This document shows, one piece after another, positions 16,056-24,358 of a DNA stretch of 64,000 nt (positions are counted from its first letter, which is position 1; each line of letters begins with the position of its first letter). The notes beneath the pieces were generated by a model. It ran no database searches and was not told the DNA's origin. It worked only from the letters and a program-made list of their open reading frames with translations. Position numbers and translations under genes: made by a program. This DNA is from a virus. Where the stretch lies: positions 32,001 through 96,000 of the IMG/VR virus record IMGVR_UViG_3300017593_000402. One strand, written 5' to 3'.

Positions 16056-17005
16056 TGTTGAATCCTATATCTGAACTTCGAAGGGCATTAGCAGAGAATA
16101 CTGGTGGCGGTTATGAAGGTATCGCTGATATCCTGCCGAAGGAAGTTGATAAGATCATCACCCAGATGGTCGAGCACCTTAACCCGCTGAGACAGAATAT
16201 ACCTAGGAAACCCGGTTCTGGTGCAGGGGTTTACATCAATCGTAGAACCCCTGGTGCTGCTAAGGCTGCGTTCTATGCTGATACTGATTCTTTTGATGAA
16301 GAAACCGGTACTTATGAACAGGTCGAGTTCCTTTATAAGACTATCGGAACACAAGGGAAGGTTACTCGTAAGGCGCGCGCTATCGGTTCTAAGTACGTTG
16401 ATATTCTAACAGCTGAGATGGAGGCGAAGGCAGAGGATTTCAAAGATAAAGAGGAGTATGCTATTTGTTGGGGAGACTCCAGCGCCAACGCTAAGGAGTT
16501 TGACGGACTGTACAAGCTGTGCGATTCCTCGAATATTATTCCTGCTGGGTCCGACAACACAGGTGGTGATTTAACTCTGGCACTGCTGGATCAGGCTTTG
16601 GACGCCATTCGTGGTATGCCCAGTTTGATCGTATGTTCAAAGAGGACCCGTAGAAGGATTAGGGCATTGCTCCAGGCACAGCAAAGGTTCATTAACATGG
16701 TGAAGGTGAAAGGTGGATTTGAGGTTTTGAGTTATAACGAGGTTCCTATTTTGGTTAGCAACCAGATTCCGGATACTCAGCAGGTGAGTGCTAGCGGTGC
16801 TACAATTACTTCTCTCACAGGAGGTAATTTGAGTACTCTGTTTGTAGTTGATACAAGCAAAGTATTCGTCTCTGAGTTGACCCCGCTAACCGTTCAACCG
16901 CTGGCTAAGGAAAGTAGTCAGTATGATAAGTTTGATATCTTCGCTGATGAGGTGTTGGTAGCCAGAGATCCTCAAGCAATTTCGTGCATTGTAGGTATCA
17001 GGTAA
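16055..17005 (+). CDS. Major capsid protein A (HK97 fold)
   Basis: Follows protease/scaffold; 316 aa; EEYAICWGD...EFDGL and LTLALLDQALD motifs; strong RBS; terminator downstream. Confidence 0.88.
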   Translation: MLNPISELRRALAENTGGGYEGIADILPKEVDKIITQMVEHLNPLRQNIPRKPGSGAGVYINRRTPGAAKAAFYADTDSFDEETGTYEQVEFLYKTIGTQGKVTRKARAIGSKYVDILTAEMEAKAEDFKDKEEYAICWGDSSANAKEFDGLYKLCDSSNIIPAGSDNTGGDLTLALLDQALDAIRGMPSLIVCSKRTRRRIRALLQAQQRFINMVKVKGGFEVLSYNEVPILVSNQIPDTQQVSASGATITSLTGGNLSTLFVVDTSKVFVSELTPLTVQPLAKESSQYDKFDIFADEVLVARDPQAISCIVGIR

Positions 17006-17028
17006 TTAGTTCAGTTAAGAAGTAGTAT

Positions 17029-17063
17029 AAAAACCCTCAACGTGTTGACGTTGGGGGTTTTTT
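17029..17063 (+). terminator. Rho-independent terminator after MCP A
   Basis: AACCCTCAACGT-GTTG-ACGTTGGGGGTT stem followed by a T run. Confidence 0.8.
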
Positions 17064-17153
17064 GTTGCTTCTTAACTAGTTGGTACTTGCTTTTCTGTGG
17101 GAAAGTCGGTAAAAACTTACTATAAGTACTTGTGGTGTAATGAGGAGGTTGTT

Positions 17154-17522
17154 GTGATAGAGTTAGAATATAAAGGGCCTTATGAGGGTGAATATTGGGA
17201 GATGCCCACGTATAGGGAGTTAGTTCGAGTTTATAAGGGGCGGTGTAAGGTGAAGTATGAAGACACCGCACAAACTTTGGAGATGCACGGGTTTGTTCGA
17301 GTTACCAAAAGTGAACCGGTTAAGAAGGTCGAAGTGTCTGTAGATACTACTCCGGCTCCTCTCCCAGAGTCGAGTCGAGAGCGCAAAGTGATTGAAATGT
17401 ATAGAGACGGAAATGCTTCGGTCTCGATGATTTCTAAAACTTTGCGAATGAGTAAGAAGAAAGTTGAGGCGATTCTCGAGACTTACAAAGCTTGCTTAAA
17501 CGAAGGAGACAGGAATGTTTAA
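17154..17522 (+). CDS. Hypothetical protein with C-terminal HTH-like segment
   Basis: RBS GAGGAGG before GTG 17154; ERKVIEMYRDG.ASVSMISKTLRMSKKKVEAIL. Confidence 0.6.
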   Translation: MIELEYKGPYEGEYWEMPTYRELVRVYKGRCKVKYEDTAQTLEMHGFVRVTKSEPVKKVEVSVDTTPAPLPESSRERKVIEMYRDGNASVSMISKTLRMSKKKVEAILETYKACLNEGDRNV

Positions 17523-18330
17523 ACAAGTTTACACCGGGAGTGAGATAAGGCTGCAGTTTGATTTCGTTGTAGGAGGTCAAACTGTCCTTGTTTCACAACC
17601 TCAGGCAGATGTTTTCGATCCTTTTGGAAATAAAGTGGATGTAGTTGATCTTGTTTTTTCTGGCGGACATTATTTGACTTATTGGACTACTCCTTCTGCT
17701 ACGTTAGGGTCCTACGTTGCAATCGGCCGAGGAAAGTATGGTTATGAAGACCTTCTAGCCAATTCTCAAGTCAGGTTCGATGTCGTTTCGTCGTTGACTA
17801 CTGAGCTTGTTACATTAGATGAAGTAAAAGAGTATTTGCACGTAGATGATTTTTCTGAAGATCCCTTTCTCAGAGCCCTCCTTTTGGCTGCCTCGTCCGC
17901 GATTTTGGCGTATACACAGTTGAAATTAGGTTCTGTTAGTGAAACAGAGCGCTGTTTCTTGTCGGGAGCTACTCAGTATGGACTGAGATACTTTCCCATT
18001 TCTGAAATCACTGAGATTAAGCTCGACAGTGTGGATTTGGTTGAGGATACTGATTATTTTGTAGAACTGTCCACAGGTCTTATTAAGTTTTTCGTACCAC
18101 AAACTGGTTTCTTTGAATGTACTTACACTTTTGGACTTTCCCAAATCCCTTCTCCGGTTAAACTCGCCTGTTTGAAGCTCGTTGCCGCTCTTTATAACCT
18201 GCGGGAATCTGAAGGTTTTTCCAGTCGCCGTTTATTGAGTAACGTTGAGAACTACTTGAGAGACGCGAAGATGGATGTAATGACTGAAGTTAGGAGTTTA
18301 CTCGCTCCGTATAAACGTAAATTAGTTTAG
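17515..18330 (+). CDS. Head-tail connector (HK97 gp6/SPP1 gp15-like) with extra N-terminal beta domain
   Basis: LVTLDEVKEYLHVD...EDPFL, IPSPVKLACLKLVAALY, LLAPYKR. Confidence 0.8.
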   Translation: MFKQVYTGSEIRLQFDFVVGGQTVLVSQPQADVFDPFGNKVDVVDLVFSGGHYLTYWTTPSATLGSYVAIGRGKYGYEDLLANSQVRFDVVSSLTTELVTLDEVKEYLHVDDFSEDPFLRALLLAASSAILAYTQLKLGSVSETERCFLSGATQYGLRYFPISEITEIKLDSVDLVEDTDYFVELSTGLIKFFVPQTGFFECTYTFGLSQIPSPVKLACLKLVAALYNLRESEGFSSRRLLSNVENYLRDAKMDVMTEVRSLLAPYKRKLV

Positions 18331-18349
18331 TTACAGGAAGGAGGTTGTT

Positions 18350-20242
18350 ATGATTACCGCTGTAACGTTTACGTCGGAAGATGTAGTCGCGTTTTTGAAC
18401 ACTACACTACCTTTTCACATTGAGGGCATTCCTTTAGTTGTAGTTGGACAGGATCAACGAGATCTTACCAAAGTCTTGAACTGTCGTACTTATGAAGGGG
18501 GAAAGACTTTTGGTAGGAAGTTACTTGCTGGATTAGAGAAGGTCGAAACGGAGTATTTTGTTTTTGTACACCCAAAGGCGGCTCTCTCTAATTTAGACTT
18601 CCTTGGTGAGGCTTTGAAAGTTCTTTCTTCCCCTGAAGTTGGTTTTGTAGTTCCTGGACTTCCTAAGGGTGTGGGACCACAGAGCTATAAGAGGAAAGAC
18701 AGAGGAGCATTAGCTCGGATTGCCCCTTGGTGTTTCGCGTTCAGAACAGAGGAGGCTATTACTCTGTTTGAGAAAGCTCTGAAGGTGTTTCAAGACGAGC
18801 GAATTGTTCAGCTTGTATGTTATGAGCTGATGAAGCAAGGTCGTTTTAGCTATGTACTCCCAATGTACACTTTGGATATGGAAGAGGATTTTAGTGATCT
18901 GAAACTTGACGCGAGGTTCAGAACTCAACCGTTGGAGCCAGTATTAATCTATCAATATCGCCGGTTGAAGGACATCCCCTCTACTGCGAAATCTTTGTTC
19001 AAGGATGTCATTGTTTGCACTCCTTTAGACGTTCCTGAAATTGATCAGGGAAAGTTGATTTTTGTTCTGAGAGAGGGTGAGGATTTTGCCGATATTTTTA
19101 CCCTTGAGCAATTGCAAAGGATGTGTGACAATCCTGATCCGTTTGTTTTCGCGTACCAATTTCCTGTACTACGGACTTGGTCGGATAATCGATATTTGAA
19201 AGATCAAGTTACTTGGGAAATTAGGGCTTTTGCTTCCTTTGAAAAGATTGCCCCGCGTATTTTGATTAATCCTTACTACGGGCAACAGCTTCCTTATGAA
19301 GGCCTACGCCCAGTTAATGTGCCCATTATCAAGAAGGTTAATGACTTACCCGACAATTGTTCTATTGCGAGACTTCGTACTCCTACCTTGACTATTGCAA
19401 CGATTATGAAGGACGAAATGAAAAACCTCCCCACGTATTTGGGCACTGCTCTTCCTTTTGCTCAACAGGTGATTTTGGTAGACACCGGTTCTCAAGATGA
19501 ATCTCTGTCTTTTGCAAAGCGCTTTGGAGCTGAGGTGTTAGAGACTAAATTAGATAAAGACTTCTCTAAAGCGCGGAATTTGTACTTACAGAGGGCGAAC
19601 GGCACTTGGCTCCTTCAACAGGACCTGGACGAAATTGTTGACTATAAGCAGATTTACGCAGTGATGTTGGAAACACCTGAGAATACAGACGCGGTCCAGC
19701 TTCAGGTGCACAATTTAACTCCGCAAGAGGGGACGGTCATCTATCAAGATGCCATTCGTTTGGTTAAGAACCCACGAACTTGGTACTACTCAAATCGGGT
19801 TCACGAGACGTTTGAACGCTGCGCTACTGAGGAGAACCGTGTTGTATCACGAGTTAATGATGTAGTGATTTACCACCTAGGATTTCTGTCCCCACGCATG
19901 AAAGAGAAACTCTCTTTTTATCGAGAGTTGATCAACATGCAGTTAGAGGAGGAACCGGAAAACCCCTTACCGTATTTTAATCTCGCGCTCGATCTGTTGA
20001 ACGAGTATGAAGAGCATCCTGAAAATTTGGACGTAGCGCTCAAACTCCTCCTTCAAGCAACTTCTCTCCATCCGAGTTTTGCCCTTGCACAGTACGAAGT
20101 TTCGAGAGTATATTGTCAAAAAGCACTCGAGGCAATTGAGAGGACCCTCGAAGTTGTGCCACCTCAACATCCTATGGTGAATGCTATTAAGAAGGTTTAC
20201 GGACCTTTGAAAGAGTACACCAAAAGGTATATTGTGAGATGA
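18350..20242 (+). CDS. GT2 glycosyltransferase (degenerate + intact GT-A domains) with C-terminal TPR
   Basis: LTIATIMKDE, ILVDTGSQD, DFSKARN, QQDLDE, RVHE, IYHLG, then TPR-like PYFNLA. Confidence 0.85.
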   Translation: MITAVTFTSEDVVAFLNTTLPFHIEGIPLVVVGQDQRDLTKVLNCRTYEGGKTFGRKLLAGLEKVETEYFVFVHPKAALSNLDFLGEALKVLSSPEVGFVVPGLPKGVGPQSYKRKDRGALARIAPWCFAFRTEEAITLFEKALKVFQDERIVQLVCYELMKQGRFSYVLPMYTLDMEEDFSDLKLDARFRTQPLEPVLIYQYRRLKDIPSTAKSLFKDVIVCTPLDVPEIDQGKLIFVLREGEDFADIFTLEQLQRMCDNPDPFVFAYQFPVLRTWSDNRYLKDQVTWEIRAFASFEKIAPRILINPYYGQQLPYEGLRPVNVPIIKKVNDLPDNCSIARLRTPTLTIATIMKDEMKNLPTYLGTALPFAQQVILVDTGSQDESLSFAKRFGAEVLETKLDKDFSKARNLYLQRANGTWLLQQDLDEIVDYKQIYAVMLETPENTDAVQLQVHNLTPQEGTVIYQDAIRLVKNPRTWYYSNRVHETFERCATEENRVVSRVNDVVIYHLGFLSPRMKEKLSFYRELINMQLEEEPENPLPYFNLALDLLNEYEEHPENLDVALKLLLQATSLHPSFALAQYEVSRVYCQKALEAIERTLEVVPPQHPMVNAIKKVYGPLKEYTKRYIVR

Positions 20243-20820
20243 CCAATCTCGTTGGCTTTCATTACAGACAGCGTGTTTACACGGTTCGTCGGTATACCAC
20301 TTGTGTTACAGTGGAGTTATCTTGCAAAAGAGGAGTTCCTACTGCTTTGAACATTTCGCAAATACATCCTGAAGCTACGTTGCGATTGACCTGGTTAGGA
20401 GATACACCGAGCGTGTTGTGCACGTTAGTCGGGGCCTCTGTAACTGAAACTCTTACTTTAACTAAGTTTAGCGCGTCTCTTACGTCAAATAAGTTTCCTG
20501 GGCTGGAGTACGTTACGTGTACTCAGGATGGTTCCCTTTCGATTTATACCACCGAAGAAGTTGGTCTTGACATAGGACAAGTCACCGGCGCGGTTTATAC
20601 TACTAGAAGGGCTATAGGAACGGATGAGTTTGGTCGTGTTACGTTAGTCTCTTCGAGTGTAATGGTGTGTTTACCCGGAGTTGAAATTCGCTCTGACGAT
20701 GTACTGATTGACCAAGAAACGAACGAGACTTTTTCTGTAGTAGAGGCACAGCAAGCTTTTGATCGAAGAGGTAGATTGCATCATTGGGAACTTGATGTTG
20801 TACGGATAAGAGAACGATGA
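20239..20820 (+). CDS. Putative head closure protein
   Basis: Position in the neck cluster; C-terminal EIRSDDVL...LHHWELDV. Confidence 0.5.
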   Translation: MTNLVGFHYRQRVYTVRRYTTCVTVELSCKRGVPTALNISQIHPEATLRLTWLGDTPSVLCTLVGASVTETLTLTKFSASLTSNKFPGLEYVTCTQDGSLSIYTTEEVGLDIGQVTGAVYTTRRAIGTDEFGRVTLVSSSVMVCLPGVEIRSDDVLIDQETNETFSVVEAQQAFDRRGRLHHWELDVVRIRER

Positions 20821-21194
20821 GACTGTTAATTCGATTACCTTCTGTTTCGAAGATTTACGATGACCTTGAGAGAAGGAAGCAAAAGTCCATCGATGTGATA
20901 TTTGAGGAGGTTATTCGACTCGTTAGTGGTGAACCTCTTTCTAACGAGGAGTTACGCAGACGAGGACATCCTTACTCAAGGCGACGTCCTACTAACTTGT
21001 CCCCTTTGGTTCATATTCGTACTGGACGTTTAAAGGCTTCGATTCGTAAGAATCGCGACGGAATTGCTTTTGACACTGGTAAAGCACCCCATCTAAAATA
21101 TGTGACTAAAGGTACAAGGCGGATGATCCCTCGAGACTTTATTGCGGCTGCTCTCCAAAGGGCTTCAGATCGATTGAGGGAGATTTGGGAGTAG
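20817..21194 (+). CDS. HK97 gp10-like tail completion protein
   Basis: RTGRLKASI and GTRRMIPRDFI motifs. Confidence 0.7.
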   Translation: MRLLIRLPSVSKIYDDLERRKQKSIDVIFEEVIRLVSGEPLSNEELRRRGHPYSRRRPTNLSPLVHIRTGRLKASIRKNRDGIAFDTGKAPHLKYVTKGTRRMIPRDFIAAALQRASDRLREIWE

Positions 21195-21200
21195 GATAGT

Positions 21201-21629
21201 ATGATTTATTTGCACGAAGTTCAGTCGGATTTGAGTAGTAAGATTGAGTCCGTTTTGACGGATTTGGATCAAACGTATAATTTGGGGTTGATTAGAGCTC
21301 CGGTGATAGTTTCCTCCTTACCAGAGGATCGCGTTACTCCTTCTACTTACTTGAAAATGGAAGAGGTTTCAAGTCAAGAGAAGGTTTTCTTTCGGTGTAC
21401 TGGAACGTTACTCGTTGAGTTATCTTTTGAGATAGGTGAAGATGTGGCTTCGAGCCTGATCCGGAAGTTAGGTAATAAGTTGCAAGATCAATTGGAGCGA
21501 AGAAATAATACTACCCATACCTACTATTCAGGTAGTGTTAAAAGAGTCACGTGGTCTCTTCCTAAGGAAGAGATGGTTAGAACAATTAAAGTTGAGTTCG
21601 AGGTACAAGGCATTGAGCAACCAATCTAG
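21201..21629 (+). CDS. Putative tail terminator
   Basis: 142 aa; lies between the gp10-like gene and the tail tube. Confidence 0.5.
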   Translation: MIYLHEVQSDLSSKIESVLTDLDQTYNLGLIRAPVIVSSLPEDRVTPSTYLKMEEVSSQEKVFFRCTGTLLVELSFEIGEDVASSLIRKLGNKLQDQLERRNNTTHTYYSGSVKRVTWSLPKEEMVRTIKVEFEVQGIEQPI

Positions 21630-21849
21630 TGCTTGGAAGTGCTCAAGTTGTGGGGCCGTCCTAGGTTACCTGGATGGTACAGACATCTTGCGTATCAAGT
21701 ATAAGGACTTATACTTTTACGTAAATGTTATAAGAGGAGCTTCGTTGATAAAGTGTTTGTGTCGTAAGTGTGGTAAAGTTAATGAAGTTATGGCGAAAGC
21801 GATGAAGATGAGTGAACCTGCTGTGATCGAACTGGAGAAGTACTTGTAG
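21613..21849 (+). CDS. Small zinc-ribbon protein (Mu Com-like)
   Basis: WKCSSCGAVLG...CLCRKCGKVN; start uncertain (TTG 21613 or the ORF-track 21535). Confidence 0.6.
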   Translation: MSNQSSAWKCSSCGAVLGYLDGTDILRIKYKDLYFYVNVIRGASLIKCLCRKCGKVNEVMAKAMKMSEPAVIELEKYL

Positions 21850-21900
21850 TGAGTTAGGTTGTTGAGGTACACACTTAATTTGAGGAGGTGAGAATTGTAA

Positions 21901-21945
21901 ATGAACACACCAACTTATAACACCAAAAGATTGAGTTTCGGGCCT
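21901..21945 (+). CDS. Major tail tube protein, exon 1 (MNTPTYNTKRLSFGP)
   Basis: Strong RBS GAGGAGGTG; in-frame TGA just after unless spliced; joining to 23135 gives ...LSFGPGVLYIG... Confidence 0.85.
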
Positions 21946-23134
21946 AAGTGACACTGGGCCCGTAAAACCTCTGCTGATCAACGGGGAAACACAATGGTAT
22001 CCACTCAGCTAAATGAGATTTTAGATGGATTAATTTTCAGTGATGGGCATATTGCTTATTGTAAGGCTGGTGACTATAGGTTCGAGTTGGGGACGACCAA
22101 GCGTTTGTACGCAGAGCAAGTTTGTAACCTTCTTCGTCCTGTTATTTCCTGTTCTATTAGAGAACAAGTACGTATTGGATTTGGGAAGAAATTTATCTCT
22201 TACAGAGTTGTTGGATATAAAGCTCCTGTTATGAAGAATCTTCACTATCGTTGGTATGATGATAAAAAGAAAAAGCTTCCCAAAGATTTTAGATGGACGC
22301 CTACTACTTTGAACGTTGCTTATTGTGGTGATGGTACTGTTATTGAGAATAGCCCGACTATGTGCTTAAATAGTTGGGCGGTTCCCGAGGTGAAAGAGAT
22401 AGTTAGGTGCTTTGAAGAGTTGGGCTTGTATGGGACGGTTGTCCAAACCCCAACAGGACCGATTTTTAGGTTACATCAAGATTGTGCCCTAGATTTCTTC
22501 GAGTACATAGGAGACCCACTAATTCCGTTTCACTCTTATAAGTGGATTACCGTTGTCAACCCCCAGCAAGCAGTTCGCGCGACTCTGTGGGACGATGACC
22601 TAGCTCAAAAGGTTGCGAGGTGTATTAAGAAGATTATGATTTTACGCGTTTGGGGAGGTTCGAAGGAACGGCGGTACTTGTCGTACTTTCCTGAGTTAGT
22701 CGTAATGGTTAATGATAAAGACGTTAAAGATGCCCTTCAGAGAATCAGAACTTCAAGGAAGAAAGGTGAGGTTGTAGTTAGAGGTCGACAAGCGAAACGT
22801 GTTTTAGAAAGGGTCCATTTGTTTCTTCCGGACGATAAACGAATGTTAGCTACAATTGCGTTAGCTTTGCCTCTTGGGCGGAGGAAGAAAGATTTGAAGG
22901 AAGTTCTATATCAGTTTTTCTGGACGAAATTTAATGAATTAAATCCGCCCGAGAGAAGACGGGGACCCAAAAGAGAGTTGAATAGCGAACTGCGGCTGCA
23001 GAGACTGAGCGTAGAGGACACTAACCTCTTTCAGGATCTGGTTAGTGTATACGACAGTCCGACCCCTACGGTGACGTAGGGAAGTAGTTGTACTACTTGC
23101 CCGAAAGGGTCAAGAAAAATAACAGGTTAAAGCG
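21946..23134 (+). mobile_element. Group I self-splicing intron in the tail tube gene
   Basis: P1 GGGCCU/GGGCCC with U.G at the 5' splice site; P10 ACACU/GGUGU; P3 21968-74/23011-17; P5 21991-22005/22541-56; P6a 22570-78/22985-93; P7 GACUG/CAGUC; P8 23018-26/23040-48; P9 with GUGA loop; terminal G 23134. Confidence 0.92.
21994..23079 (+). CDS. Intron-encoded LAGLIDADG homing endonuclease (double motif) fused to a second degenerate LAGLIDADG-like domain
   Basis: ILDGLIFSDGHI and LNVAYCGDGT motifs, domain end IPFHSYKW; C-part VVRGRQAKRVLERVHLFLPDDKR..A.IAL. Confidence 0.85.
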   Translation: MVSTQLNEILDGLIFSDGHIAYCKAGDYRFELGTTKRLYAEQVCNLLRPVISCSIREQVRIGFGKKFISYRVVGYKAPVMKNLHYRWYDDKKKKLPKDFRWTPTTLNVAYCGDGTVIENSPTMCLNSWAVPEVKEIVRCFEELGLYGTVVQTPTGPIFRLHQDCALDFFEYIGDPLIPFHSYKWITVVNPQQAVRATLWDDDLAQKVARCIKKIMILRVWGGSKERRYLSYFPELVVMVNDKDVKDALQRIRTSRKKGEVVVRGRQAKRVLERVHLFLPDDKRMLATIALALPLGRRKKDLKEVLYQFFWTKFNELNPPERRRGPKRELNSELRLQRLSVEDTNLFQDLVSVYDSPTPTVT

Positions 23135-23638
23135 GGTGTGCTTTATATTGGAAGCGCCGGCCAAACACCTACTATTGATATAGGCGCTGTTAAGACTGGA
23201 GCAACTCTAACATTTACTCGAGATAAACTCGAGGTTAAACAGGGTTCTCCCGAGAAGTTGATCAAACAGTGGGTTGTTACTGAGACAGTTAAACTAGATG
23301 TTGTTGGTCATGAATGGAATCTTGAGAATTTGAGGTATGCTATTGGTTGTGGTATCATTCAAACTTCGGGAAATGAGAAGACGATGGATTTCGGCGGAGA
23401 TATGGAAGTTACTGAAGCGTCGCTGAAGTTCGTTCACCAGATGCCTGCTGGAGGAACTGTGGAAATTGATATTTGGAGAGCTCAGTCCGCAGGAGAACTC
23501 TCGATCGAGTTTGGGAACGATCCACACGAATTCCCTTACTCGTTCGTTGCTCTGGATGCCGATACTGCTTGGGATGGCACTACCTTGGATGAGAGGGGAA
23601 GGTTGTGCCGAATTAGGTTAATCGGTGACTTCTCCTAA
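23135..23638 (+). CDS. Major tail tube protein, exon 2 (spliced product 182 aa)
   Basis: GVLYIG...IDIGAVKTGATLTF...EIDIWRAQ..GELSIEF...FPYSFVAL; precedes chaperones and tape measure; no good RBS of its own. Confidence 0.85.
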   Translation, partial: GVLYIGSAGQTPTIDIGAVKTGATLTFTRDKLEVKQGSPEKLIKQWVVTETVKLDVVGHEWNLENLRYAIGCGIIQTSGNEKTMDFGGDMEVTEASLKFVHQMPAGGTVEIDIWRAQSAGELSIEFGNDPHEFPYSFVALDADTAWDGTTLDERGRLCRIRLIGDFS

Positions 23639-23691
23639 TTTTAGGTTAACTTAGTTAGTACAATTTAGACGCCCCAGGAGGTGCATTTATT

Positions 23692-24090
23692 ATGAAAGCT
23701 TTTGAAGAGTACATTGAAGGAGCTCGTGAAGTTACCTTAAGCAATGGGAACACGGTTGAGATTCCTCCGCTTACTTGGGGGAAGGAACTTAGGCTCTACA
23801 ACATTCTAACTAAGGTCTTTTCTAAGCTTTCCGTTAGTACTGATGCAGAAGGCAATCCTCAGTTCGATGAGTCCCAAGTCTACGCGTTCATGACCGCCTT
23901 TGCTAATGACGTGTCTGAGATTGCATCGATTATTTTCAACAAAGACAAGAAGTGGGTTGAAAATAATCTGACCTCAAAGGATATGGTAGAGTTTATCGTC
24001 CCTTTGTCGCTTCACATTTTCGGAAAGCTAAATCTCGGACTAACCAACGCGGTAACGAAGTTGGCAGAAGAGGCGGGGGAGACCCCATAG
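23692..24090 (+). CDS. Tail assembly chaperone (G-like)
   Basis: Between tail tube and tape measure; RBS AGGAGG. Confidence 0.75.
   Translation: MKAFEEYIEGAREVTLSNGNTVEIPPLTWGKELRLYNILTKVFSKLSVSTDAEGNPQFDESQVYAFMTAFANDVSEIASIIFNKDKKWVENNLTSKDMVEFIVPLSLHIFGKLNLGLTNAVTKLAEEAGETP
24075..24081 (+). promoter_or_regulatory. Putative -1 programmed frameshift site GGGGGAG
   Basis: G GGG GAG just before the stop; the -1 frame is open into the 24120-24353 ORF. Confidence 0.65.
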
Positions 24091-24353
24091 AGAAGACCAT
24101 AGCGCAGGTAGTCGACTTCTTGTGCTCTCAGTATGGATGGACTCCTGACCAGGTTTTCGCCTTGACAAGGCCCACGATTGAGGGTTTACTAGAAGAAGCG
24201 AGAGAACGACTCCACGCTCAGTATCGTTTCTATGCTTCTCTAGTAGGCGCAGAACTTCGTGATGATTACGTTCGGCCAGATAGTGATGATCCACGTACCT
24301 TGTTGAAGAAAGTGCGAGATATTGGAGTCGATTTTGAGGTGGTTGGTGGGTAA
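24078..24353 (+). CDS. Tail assembly chaperone frameshift extension (T-like)
   Basis: GDPIEKTIAQVVDFLCSQYGWTPDQVFALT; YGWT is typical of such extensions. Confidence 0.7.
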   Translation, partial: GDPIEKTIAQVVDFLCSQYGWTPDQVFALTRPTIEGLLEEARERLHAQYRFYASLVGAELRDDYVRPDSDDPRTLLKKVRDIGVDFEVVGG

Positions 24354-24358
24354 AGAAT

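Noticed and set aside
22941-22952. AATCCGCCCGAG as the intron Q element
   Set aside because: The segment at 22557-22578 pairs much better (P5, P4, P6, P6a)
23138-23638. Stand-alone 166-aa gene starting at GTG 23138
   Set aside because: Better explained as exon 2 of the spliced tail tube gene
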